Below, piece after piece: positions 25,655 through 37,543 of a DNA stretch of 64,000 nucleotides (position 1 is its first letter; each line of letters begins with the position of its first letter). Origin of the DNA: Octopus sinensis (Eukaryota). The notes below the pieces were generated by a model that was not told the DNA's origin, ran no database searches, and saw only the letters and a list, made by a program, of their open reading frames with translations. The translations under genes were made by a program, and so were the position numbers. Location of the stretch: contig NC_043020.1 in NCBI RefSeq assembly GCF_006345805.1, positions 28,768,001 to 28,832,000 of the forward strand, given 5' to 3'.

Positions 25655-26652
25655 CTGTAAAATGTGAAGCCATAAATGATTTACAAAAACATGACCACCA
25701 CCATCAAACAAAAAAGAGAAAAAGAAAAGCAAGCAAACACTAAATTCTAAATATCTGTGAACTTACAAATCCCTGAAGATGAACTCCAGTTGTTACAACA
25801 ATAAAAGTTGCTCAAGGCGTCACACAGTGGGACTGAACCCAAAACCATGTGGTTGTGAAGTGAACTTTTTACCACACAACCACACCTATGCCATTGAAAT
25901 AAAAACAAAACAATAAATTCTCACGAAATATCAGTAATTTCACTTGCCATTTCCAGCAGTGCTTTTGGTGCCAGTAACTGGAATATGCCAGGCTGCCAAT
26001 GATCTAGATGGTATTAGTCAAACATTTCAACATATCAGGAATCACAACTGATAAATGTTAAGTTGCTATTTATATACATACATACATTTATGAATTTATG
26101 TTGCAAGATTCTTGATGCCAAGTCGTGTGTTGAAACAGATATTGTATTTCAGGATGGCCTTTTTTTTTTGGGTCAAATGAACACACGCACTATATACTCA
26201 TTCTTCACTTGTTTATTATTGTTCTTATTCTAACTCATGTCCATTGTCCTGAAATCTTTCGTCACACATCTGTGACCTCCTCAGCAACACTTTCCCTCTT
26301 CACGTGTGCTCTTGCTCTGCTTATTCCATTCTGTTATTCTATGATGTGTATCCTTATCATCATCATCATCGTTTAACGTCCACTTTCCATGCTAGCATGG
26401 GTTGGACGATTTTGAAGCAGATGGCTGCACCAAGCTCCAATCTTGATTTGGCAGAGTTTCTACAGCTGGATGCCCTTCCTAACGCCAACCACTCTGAGAG
26501 TGTAGTGGGTGCTTTTTACGTGCCACCGGCATGGGGGGCCAGTCAGGCAGTACTGGCAACAACCTCGCTCGAATCTTTTTACACATGCCACCGGCACAGG
26601 TGCCAGTAAGGCGACGCTGGTAACGATCACGCTCGAATGGTGCCTTTTATAT

Positions 26653-27037
26653 ACTCTTTTACATGTTTCAGTCATTTGACTGTGGCCATGCTGGAGCACC
26701 GCCTTTAGTCGAGCAACTTGACCCTGGGACTTATTCTTTGTAAGCCCAGTACTTATTCTATCGGTCTCTTTTGCCGAACCGCTAAGTGACGGGGACGTAA
26801 ACACACCAGCATCGATTGTCAAGCGATGTTGGGGGGACAAACACAGACACATACACACATACATATATACATATATACGACAGGCTTCTTTCAGTTTCCG
26901 TCTACCAAATCCACTCACAAGGCATTGGTCGGCCCGAGGCTATAGTAGAAGACACTTGCCCAAGATGCCACGCAGTGGGACTGAACCCGGAACCATGTGG
27001 TTGGTTAGCAAACTACTTACCACACAGCCACTCCTGC
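26653..27037 (-). mobile_element. SINE family A, full length
   Basis: Reverse-complement copy of family A. Confidence 0.85.
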
Positions 27038-27669
27038 CCTTATATATATTATAATTAATGTTGGTTTCAAATTTTGGCACAAGGGCCAACAATTTCAAGG
27101 GGTGGGGGTAAGTTGATTAGATCAACACCAGTGCTCAACTTGTACTTATTTTATCGACCCGCCACCCAATAGGATGAAAGACAAAGTCAACCTTGGTAGC
27201 ATTTGAACTCAGAATGTAAAAATTGGACAAAACGCTGCCAAGCCTTTTGCCTGGCATGCTAACAATTCTGCCAGCTTTCCACCTATTATAATAATAATTA
27301 ACATCAATATTTATGAAGAAAATAATTAAGATAACCTTCTGTTGTATAAATAATTTCTTTTATTCGTTAATAATATGAAACAATTCAAAGTTCTTATCAA
27401 AACACAGGTTGTCATTTTCTAAAACTGTTTTTAACTGGGAATTTTTTTCTCCATTTTTTTTTGCACAAAAACTTTTATTAAAAAAATAATTATAAATTTA
27501 TATTATAAATAATTACAATCAGAGTTTATTTTCAATGCAAACCCCATAATAAATCCTGAAAATATGCCAAAGAAATAATCTGCAGGATAAGCCATGTGTT
27601 CATGCAAAAGACAAGTTTTACAAAGACCCCCAACAGCAAACATGGCTACAAAGCAATTTTTAATCTTTT

Positions 27670-28931
27670 CTACTCTAGGCACAAGGTTTGGAATTTTTAG
27701 GGAGGGGGGCCAGTCAATTAGATCGACCCCAGTACGCAACTGGTACTTAATTTATCGATCCCCAAAAGGATGAAAGGCAAATTTGACCTTGGCGGAATTT
27801 GAACTCAGAACATAAAGCAAGACGAAATACCTATTTCTTTACTACCCACAAGGGGCTAAACACAGAAAGGACAAACAAGGACAGACAAACGGATTAAGTC
27901 GATTATATCGACCCCAGTGCGTAACTGGTACTTATTTAATCGACCCCGAAAGGATGAAAGGCAAAGTTGACCTCAGCAGAACTTGAACTCAGAACGTAAA
28001 GACAGACGAAATACCGCTAAGCATTTCGTCCGGTGTGCTAACGTGTCTGCCAGCTTGCCACCTTCAAATTTTAATAATAAACCATCACCGAACAAAGAAA
28101 TATATCCTTTAGAGCAGTTTTTCTCATGCGAAGGTTTTAGGGAGCTGTGAAGATTATTAAAAGGGAGGTGGACGAACAAATATGGCCATAAAATGAAAAT
28201 GGTTTCCAGGTTTTTAAACTTATTCACCAGCATAATGAAGAAAGAAGAATTCCATGATGGCAAACACCAGGTTTGTTATTAATAAAGGGCGGAGAGGGTG
28301 CCAAATAATTTGCTAATATTTTGTGTGAGTGGGGCTGGTATTCGATAGTTTGAGAATCATTGCTCTGCCTACAGTACCATAAGTCTACTACCAGCAGCAA
28401 ATGCCTTTTTTTAAATTGTGCCGAACAGAGAAATAGTTTTTGCAAAGTATCATAGAATCTCATGTACTTCACCATCTGTTCATGCAACAACTTGAAGAAA
28501 AGTGCATTTGACAGAGAAGGAGGGCGATGATAATAATAATCCTTTCTACTAAAGGCACAAGGCCTGAAATTTTGTGGGATGGGGGTAAGTCAATTGCATC
28601 AGCCCCAGTGCACAACTGGTACTCATTTTATTAACTCCAAAAGAATGAAAGTCAAAGTTGACCTTGGCAGAATTGGAACTCAGAACGTGTAGACAGACAC
28701 AGGTACCTATTTCTTTACTATCCACAGGGGCTAAACACAGAGAGGACAAACAAGGACAGACAAATGGATTAAGTCGATTATATAGACCCCAGTGTGTAAC
28801 TGGTACTTAATTTATTGACCCCGAAAGGATGAAAGGCAAAGTCGACCTTGGCAGAATTTGAACTCAGAACGTAATGGCAGATGAAATACCACTAAGCATT
28901 TCACCTGGTGTGCTAATGACTTGGCCAGCTC

Positions 28932-28964
<33 letters not shown>

Positions 28965-29480
28965 ATTATATGGTTTCAGGATCAGTCTCTCTATCTGGCA
29001 CCTTGGGCAAATGTTTTCTACTATAGCCCCAGGCAGACTAAAGCCTTGTGAATGGATTTGGCAGACAGAAACTGAAAGAAGCCCATTGTGTATGAACAAG
29101 CCTCTGATACCCAAGAGGCTAAAAAATGTCAGCAGAGGAGTACCCAGGAGTCATGACCTGAATGCAGCCTGAACCCCTTAGAGTATCAGAGGTTAAGGGC
29201 TGAAACACTTGCCTGAGATTGGGGAGATTCTTCAGCTCTCTTCAGAGTTCCTTACCACTATATTCTTTTCTACTCTAGGCACAAGGCCTGAAATTTTTGG
29301 GGAGGGGTCCAGTCAATCAGATCAACCCCAATATGCAACTGGTACTTAATTTATCGACCTTGAAAGGATGAAAGGCAAAGCCGACCTCGGCGGAATTTGA
29401 ACTCAGAACGTAAAGACAGATGAAATACCACCACTAAGCATTTCGCCCAGCATGCTAGCGTTTCTGCCAGGTCGCCGCCT
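27670..29480 (-). mobile_element. Cluster of family B SINEs (27670-28070, 28540-28932, 29265-29480)
   Basis: Reverse-complement family B bodies; additional copies at ~33230-33465 and 34705-34917. Confidence 0.75.
28115..28362. mobile_element. Probable old hAT MITE
   Basis: Degenerate TIRs cagtttttctca / tgagaatcattg; TSD not preserved. Confidence 0.45.
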
Positions 29481-30121
29481 TGTATTCATATATTACATGG
29501 CAGAAGTTACAAAGTGAGTTCTGTGCAGGGCACTTACCAAACTGGTCTCATAAAGTTTGACAAATGCTATTAACCTTTCATTGAATTCTGCCGATGTAAA
29601 AATAGAAAACAATACATACAGTCCTGTTTTGAGTTCTGTTTTATGTTTCTATAACCCAACCTACATATATATATATATTCATACACACATATAACACCCA
29701 CACACGTGTGTGTGTATGTGTGCATGTGCACGAACACATGCACGTGTGTTTGTTCACGTGTGTACTTCTCTGAAAACTGCTGACCTACGAGTAGCGACAC
29801 TGCCATTTCCTCCATCAGCTAGCTTTGCACCTTCAAAGACATGAGGAATAAGAGTTCTTTTACCTGAAAAATCAGGTAAAGGTGAGTGAAAGGAAAGACA
29901 TCCAGCTTTAAGACTTTGCCTCAATAATCTATTCATCTAACCCATGCTAGTATGGAAAAAAAAAAGGAAGTAAAAATGAATTAAAAAACACAACTGCAAC
30001 AAGTAGTCTGATAATGCTGCATATTAACCCCCTTCTTTACCAAATTCCTATTGAAATGCACAGCCTTTGTTTTAATTAGAAAATCACGAAGAATTTAGTA
30101 AAATAATCTTGTCCTTATTAA

Positions 30122-30684
30122 CCCTATCATTACCGTATTTATTTTTAGATGCTCTGAGTTTCTTTCAATTAATTTTAAATATAACAAAGGATTTAGTAAA
30201 ACAACTTAGTATTATCATTAAGCTAGTGTTAGGAACATAAATTGTGACTAAGATTTGGTGGAAGAATTTAATACAAAACTTTTTGGAAACAGGACATTTG
30301 TACTACAGAGAGCCAGAGCTGGTTTCAGCCTGGTTGGTATTAAAAGGGTCAGGGTGTAGGAGGCATGATTGTAAGATTGTGGTTTCAGCCGGGTTGGTAT
30401 CAAAAGGGCTAAACTTCTGCAAAGCATATTTCTCATGAAACTATACAAGTCATGTGTTTTAACCCTTTCGTTACCATATTTCTGTTGAGATGCTCTCAGT
30501 TTCTTTCAATTGCTTTTAAATATAACAAAGAATTTAGTAAAATAACTTAGTCATCATTCAGCTAGTGTTAGGAAGATAAATTGTGACTAAGGTTTGGTGG
30601 AAGATTTTAATTCAAAACTTGTAAAAACAAGACATTAGTACCACAGAGCCAGATCCGGTTTCAGCCATGTTGGTATCGAAAGGG
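30122..30684. mobile_element. Cluster of piggyBac-type MITEs (30122-30348, 30463-30684, plus fragments)
   Basis: TTAA|CCCTTTCGTTACC ... GGTATCGAAAGGG|TTAA for 30463-30684; same internal sequence in the neighbouring copy. Confidence 0.8.
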
Positions 30685-31397
30685 TTAAACTGGTGTCTTG
30701 AACATAAATTTGGAATTTTGAAGGAAAGTTTTAATCTAGGTCACTTTGAAACAGGAAGTTTGTATCATGAAACCAGGAATGGTCTCAGACAGGTTGCTAT
30801 GGAAATGATTAAAGTAAGAAGCAAATGTAAGGAATGGTGGGTTATTTTTGCCTCCATAACCTGAAGAGTGTTGCATGCAAAAGTTTGGTGAAGAAGACTA
30901 AACTAAAGAAATAAAAGAGTCAAACAAGGAAATATTAAGTGAAAAAAAAAGAAGTTTTCCCCAAATGTGAGAATAAAAGAAAAAAAAGGAAGCTATCGAA
31001 GGCAACTGAAACCCCTAAAATGTTTTTGCTTAACTTAGGGGAGAGTTTTGTTTGTAGTTTCATTAAAACGGCCTGAAAACAAGAAGGAAAAAAAAGGTTG
31101 GAGAGACTGGGTCAGCAATTTTGTAAAAACACAACTCAAATATACATGAATGTGGGGTAACATGGAAAATGGGAAAACAATAGGGAAAATAATGATGTGG
31201 CAAAATACTGATGGGTATTTACTGTGAATGTATGCACATGGATGTATTTATGTGGGTGTATTTTTTGGATGTACAGCCATGATCATCATTTCTGCTTACA
31301 TTGAAGTTAGTTAGTTTTCTCACTACATGAATAGAACTAAACAGCTTAGCATCAGAAAGGGTAAGCTAAATATGCCTATATCTACAAGATATATTTA

Positions 31398-31787
31398 TCT
31401 CTCTCTATATAAAGCTGAAGTTGTCTGTGTATGGCAAGTTTGGTAGCCTTCAACCAACACTATCTCCTCTAAGACACTGTGGCGCAAGTTGACCAAAATT
31501 GAGAGTATGATAGAAGAAGGCTTGCTCTTCATTCCGTAGAAGAAAAATTCAAATCAGATCATGTTAGGACCAAAAATTATTTACATCAAAAAAGTGCTTT
31601 TTTCTATGAAAATACCTATTTTTAACGATTTTTTTACTGCTGTGTCGCCATTTTTCGGTGTATTTCAACCAGAAAAATGTTCCCTTAAAGAGAATAACAA
31701 GCTACATAATGCAAAATTTTTACTTTTCAAAAATTCCAATTCTAAAGGGTCGAAACAAACCTGAGCAACGCCGGGCGATACTGCTAG
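31398..31787 (+). mobile_element. Non-autonomous Helitron, copy 2
   Basis: Same termini (A|TC ... gagcaacgccgggcgatactgCTAG|T); colinear with copy 1 over its full length. Confidence 0.8.
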
Positions 31788-32538
31788 TATTGTATAAAGT
31801 TAGCAAGAGTTTTTTTTACTAAATAAACAAGTTAGTTCTTATACAATGGCTGATGGTGGCTTGATTGAACCTGATCAAACAGGTTAGTAAACCACTAACT
31901 TTATTATGGGAGTTGATCAGCATTTTATGTCAGCTTTCCATAATGGCATGGTTGGATATGCGATCACAGTCTGAGCCAGTTTTTATCTGAATACACAATT
32001 TTCATAGACAAAAGGGGACATCTAGGCCATGCTTGTATGATTTATCATTTTGTGTTAGTTTTTATGGCTGGATGCTCTTCCTAACACCGAACCCTTCTAA
32101 AGTGTGTACTGGGGGCATTTTTCTGTGATGCCAAAACTAAAGATGCTGTCATGTCCTTGGTGAGGCAAGGCTAAAGGTTTTCTCGGATCTGACGCTTTCT
32201 TCACCTGTTTGCCAATGATTTTATGGACTGTACTGGGTGTGTTTTATTGTGGAACCAGTATGAGTGAGGAAGCAGAATGATTGAGGCACTAGCATGAGTG
32301 AGGCTCCATCATGAGTGGAACACTGACATGAGTGAAGTACTGACATGAGTGAAGCACTTGTACAAGATTGGCAACAGCATGAGTGAGACAGCAGCATGTG
32401 TGAAGAATCAGAATGTCTGAGATGCCAAGCAGCAGCTTGTAATTACCATATCAACATGTGCTATAATGTTACAGATATAAATATGGAGAGGCCCAGAAAC
32501 GAAAAATAACTTTCTTTGTGGTAACATTTATAATAATG

Positions 32539-32593
<55 letters not shown>

Positions 32594-32693
32594 TAATAAT
32601 CTATCCACCTCGCCCCCTCCTCCATTTTATTTAAGAATAATTTCTAAAAAAAGCACAAGACCAGAAATTTGAACCAAGGTGTTAGTTGATTAA

Positions 32694-33148
32694 CCCATCC
32701 CATACCGGTTCTGGCTCTGTAGTACTAGTATCTTGTTTTCATAAGTTCTGAATCCTCCACCAAACCTTAGTCACAATTTATGTTCCTAACACTAGCTTAA
32801 TGATAACTAAGTTATTTTACTAAATTCTTTGTTATATTTAAAATTAATTGAAAGAAACACAGAACATCTCAACAGAAATATGGTAACAAAAGGGTTAAAA
32901 TATATAATAGAGAAACAATTCTTAACCCTTTTGTTACCAACCCGGCTGAAACCGCTTCTGGCTCTGTAGTAGAAATGGCTTGTTTTCATAAGTTCTGAAT
33001 TAAAATCTTCCACCAAACTTTAGTCATAATTTATGTTCATAACACTAGCTTAATGATAACTAAGTTATTTTACTAAATTCTTTGTTATGCTTAAAATTAA
33101 TTGAAAGAAACACAGAGACTCTCAAAATAAAATATGGTACCAAAAGGG
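32694..33148 (-). mobile_element. Head-to-tail dimer of the piggyBac-type MITE (32694-32894 and 32926-33148)
   Basis: TTAA|CCC...GGG|TTAA ends on both units; 31-bp spacer at 32895-32925. Confidence 0.8.
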
Positions 33149-36100
33149 TTAACATGATCCCACCCCACCAAACAGTATTTGACTGGAGGGTCAATAGGTG
33201 AAGTTGACCTTGGCAAGATTTGAACCTAGAAATTAAAGAGCCAAAACAAATACTGATTTCAAATTTCTGTACCTGTCTGGTAATTACAGGTAGGAGATGG
33301 GGGGTAATTCGTTTACATCGACCCCGCAGAGTACAACTGGTAGTTATTTCATCGACCTTCAATGGATGAAAGGCAAAGTCAACCTCAATGGAATTTGAAC
33401 TCAGAACGAAATGCTGCAAAGCATTTCGCCCGGCATGCTACCGTTTCTGCCAGCTCACAGCCTTGAGCGAAAACAAATGCTGCAAAGCATATTTTTCCAA
33501 CAGTTTAATTAATGGTTCCTGACTACAGCAGATCAGACAAAATTACCAACAAAAGCAACAGCTAAATACTTTAAGAAAAAAAACAGAAGTGGGTGCATGT
33601 ACGTGCTCACTGCTTAATATGTATATGTGACAGTGAAAACATCTGTAGTTGAAATGTTCACCTTATCTGTTCAGTGAGAGATTGAGGTAGGAAGTATGTA
33701 TGTGTCTGTGGTGTGTTCTTTCATAGTATTTAATGGCAAACTGTCAAATAGGTGAGAACAATAGAGAATGTACGAGAAGTCAGGTGCAAATGTGGATGTG
33801 TGGTTAACGAGTTTGTTAACCAGCCATAGCATACTGGGTTCAGTCCCACTGTATGGTTCCTTGGGCACATGTCTTCTATTATAGCTTTGGGCCAATCAAA
33901 GCCTTGTTAGTAGATTTGATAGATGGAAACTGAAAGAGGTCCATTGCATGTATGTATGTATGTGTGTGTGTGTGTGTATGGCTGTCTGTCTGTGTTTATG
34001 TCTCTTTGCCTTGTCATTGTTTAAAAGTTGTAAATGAGTATCACTGTTATACAAGCAGTGTCATTTACTTCCAATATTCTGCAAGAACCTGTTTGGCTAT
34101 GGGGGTAGGTATCTGGCCATCAAAAAATATTACCTCAACAAACTTCATCTGATCCATGCAAGCATGGAAAAGTAGATGTTAAAATGATGACGATTAAAAT
34201 AACAATAATAATAATGAACTTATTGTATACAGTGCTCAGGTGCAGTGCAACTCATCTGAAGGTAAGTCTCAGATTCCATTTCTCAGCCAAGGCTAACAGA
34301 AAATAACTTTTAAAGACATGTTAGAACAGTTATTTCTATAATACAAAAGAAGCTTAGATGCTCGTTCACAAGATTGCCAAATGTGCCAAAAAAGTAAGCA
34401 ATCTGATTGGCTGAAATCTTTCATGTGTTTCGTCTCTGCCAAGGTAGATTTAGGTCTTGGTACCGATTGTAACATAGCTTTAGGGCACCTTAACTTTCCA
34501 GGAAGGTTGCAATGCAGACAAGTAGCAGCAGAGGAGTACCAGGAAGTGATGACCAGGATGCAGCCCAGCCTGGTTCCCTTAGAGCATAAGGAATTAAGGG
34601 CCAAAACATTTGCACAAGGGTGAGGTGGCTTCTTCTCTGAAGACTTTAGTTTTTCCTAGATTTTCTAACAACTTCAAGCAGGTTTTACCCAATCTAAATA
34701 TATATTTCTTTATTGCCCAGAAGGGGCTAAACATAGAGGGGACAAACAAGGACAGACAAAAGGATTAGTCGATTACATCTTAATTACTTAACTTATCAAC
34801 CCCGAAAGGATGAAAGGCAAAGTCGACCTCAGCAGAATTTGAACTCAGAACTTAACGACAGATGAAATACCACTAAGCATTTCGTCCGGCGTGCTAACGT
34901 GTCTGCCAGCTCGCCTCCTTTTTTACCCAATCTAAATATATTTAAGCAGTTTTGGTAGTTTTTCTTCTGCAGTTGTAATTTTTAGCCAATAGAATTTCAG
35001 CTGAAGGTCAGCGGTAGCTAAACAAGGCCAAACTGACTGAGCTAAAACTGACAAGCAGTCATAAATCTATATATATATATATAACTTGTAAACATGTTAT
35101 TGTGTTTGTGCATTCATGTGCATTTTGATTCTTCTGGGGTGAGCAAGTGGTGAAGAGAAGTAAGGAAGAACAATGGCAAAAGAGTACGCGACATTCACTC
35201 CTGTCTCAAAGATATTCAATAGAAGCATTGACTGAAGACTTCAGTTCAGTGTAAGGATTGTTAAATCAAGAAAGAAAGAAGTGAAAACAAGTACACACGT
35301 ATGTGTGGGTAGGTTGGTACTGATGTGTGGCAGGTTTTAATAACTGAACCGTTTCAACTTTATTAACAAGCTAGATAGACGCAGGTGTGGTATAGGTACA
35401 GGTGTAGTATAGGCGCAGGTGTGGTAAAGGCACAGGTGTGGTGTATCCTCATGCATGGTTGTGTGGTTAAGAAGCTTGCTTTCAAACCATTATACTCTTG
35501 TGGGGTCCAATGGCTCTGCATGACATCTTGAGCAACTGTCTTCTACTAGAACTCCAAGCCAACCAAAGCCTTGGGAGTGGATTTGGTAGAAGGAAAAAGA
35601 AGAAACTTGTTGTATATGCATATATATATATATATAAATATATACACACAAACATATGTATGTATGTATATATATAAAAGTCAACCCTGGAGGAATTTGA
35701 ACTCAGAATGTAAAATGGATGAAATGCCGCTAAGCATTTTGCCTGGTATGCTAACAATTCTGTCAGCTTGCTGTCTTGCATCAATTTATCATCATCATCA
35801 TCACTTAATGCCTGTATTCCGTGCTGGCCGGCGTTGGACGGTTTGACAGGGGCCAGCCAGTTAGAAGACCACACTAGGTTATGGTGTCTGTTTCGGCAGG
35901 GTTTTTTACAGTTGGATGCCCTTCCTAACATCAGCCATTCCGTAGAGTGGACCGAGTGCTTTTCATGTGACACCAGCACAGACGAGGTCAGTTTTGGTAT
36001 GATTTTTACATGACTTTTAATATAACAAAATAAAACTATGAACTTTGTTCAACCCATATTGTGCAATTTCCTTGCTAATACTCATGCCTTAAATCATTAT

Positions 36101-36639
36101 ACTTTAATCATTACACAATGACTTTAATCATTACACAATGACTGAATTACACTTTGTATTATGCTAATTATTTTGTACAACAAATACAATTTGAGTGGAA
36201 TAAATTAGCTTGCATGTCCTACATAAGCACTTCAACTCAACTGAAAAATAGGTGTGGTAATAATCTTTAATATTCATTTTTTTCAGGTGAAGCAATAAAA
36301 ATGGTGTTGTCACATTGCAGAGTGAGGTGGTTAGGACGACTTCCCAGTTCACAGCAGTCCAACATTTAATTACTGTGTCTGTATATATATCTCTGAATTA
36401 TGAATAATGAATTTAAATGTCAGACCGAACTTAAAGTATAAATGAATATGAAAGCTGGTTGGGTTATTTAATGCTCAATCATTTCTCCTCCTCCACAGCG
36501 ACTGTGGTGTCTTCAGCAAAGACATTTAACTCTTAATCAAGCATGGCTTTGATGTGGACATGGAGGTCACTTCATTATCAGGTGGTGTCAGGTTCCATGT
36601 CACTGTGTAGGACCTTGAACAAGTGTCTTTGATTGTACA

Positions 36640-37151
36640 GAGACCTACATCAAGTGCCTGGGGGAAGTAGTGCTGCCCCTGGGTCAAAAGGGTGGCCACT
36701 GGAAGACCCTATGTCTGGCAAAAGGACTCTGTACCATGCCACACAAGCAGGAGAACCCAGTCATGGCTGTCAGACAATTTCTGCGACCACATCACCCCCT
36801 AACATCTGGCCACCTAACTCCTCAGACTGCAACTCCCTTGATTATTATGTGTGGGGCACAGTTGAGTGAGAGACCAACAAAACCCCTTGTAATACCAAAG
36901 ATGAACTGAAGGCAGGGATTGTGGCAGCATTCACCAACTTAAACAAGGAGACCACCCAGAAGTGTTGCAGGAGATTCCAAAGTTGTCTGGAGGCCATGGC
37001 TGAAGCCAAGGGCAATTTTATTGAAAAAATTTACTCTTTAGTATTTTAAGATATTTTTATGTAATTTTGGTAAATATTTCTGTTAAAATGAGATGCCAGT
37101 GTTATTTTCATTTTTGCGTAATTTAGATGACAGTTTATTCACTGCTTCCTG
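36640..37151 (+). mobile_element. Tc1/mariner maT (DD37D) transposase 3' relic with right end
   Basis: YIKCL..VVLP.WVKRVATGRPYVWQKDSVPCHTSRRTQSWLSDNF..(frameshift)..NIWPPNSSDCNSLDYYVWG...(stop)...ETNKTPCNTKDELK. There are 37 residues between the 2nd and 3rd catalytic Asp; ends CTG|TA. Confidence 0.85.
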
Positions 37152-37186
37152 TAAATACATACATACACACACACACACACGCACAC

Positions 37187-37217
<31 letters not shown>

Positions 37218-37543
37218 TACGTACATAATTATTTTTTTTTAGAATTCTCTATGAAGAGATAATACTGGTAATTATGTTATGGAACTAATTTGTTACCATA
37301 TTGTTGTCTTCAGCTGGAAAAGAATCTCATCTCTCACTTAAAAATAATATGCCAAGATAAACGAGAAATTGATTATCTGTACAGTTTATATATTAGGTCA
37401 TATAATCCTTGAAGAGATAAAGAGAGATCATTTTGTTCTGTGATAGGGCATTAATTAAATGAACAACAGCAATTTAAAATACGAGTAATGTGTGGCGAAT
37501 GAGAGCAAAGAAGAAAAATAGGGCAGCATTATACATCACTCAC

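Noticed and set aside
29100-29250. SECIS or C/D snoRNA reading of the duplicated 95-nt element
   Set aside because: The ATGA/CTGA-like boxes are on the strand opposite the host gene, SECIS helix spacing and G.A quartet do not fit, and the boxes are not conserved in both copies.
32255-32405. Short ~17-bp repeats (catgagtgaag...), also 35385-35445, as CRISPR-like arrays
   Set aside because: Eukaryotic context, no unique spacers, degenerate units; they look like slippage of SINE sub-sequences.
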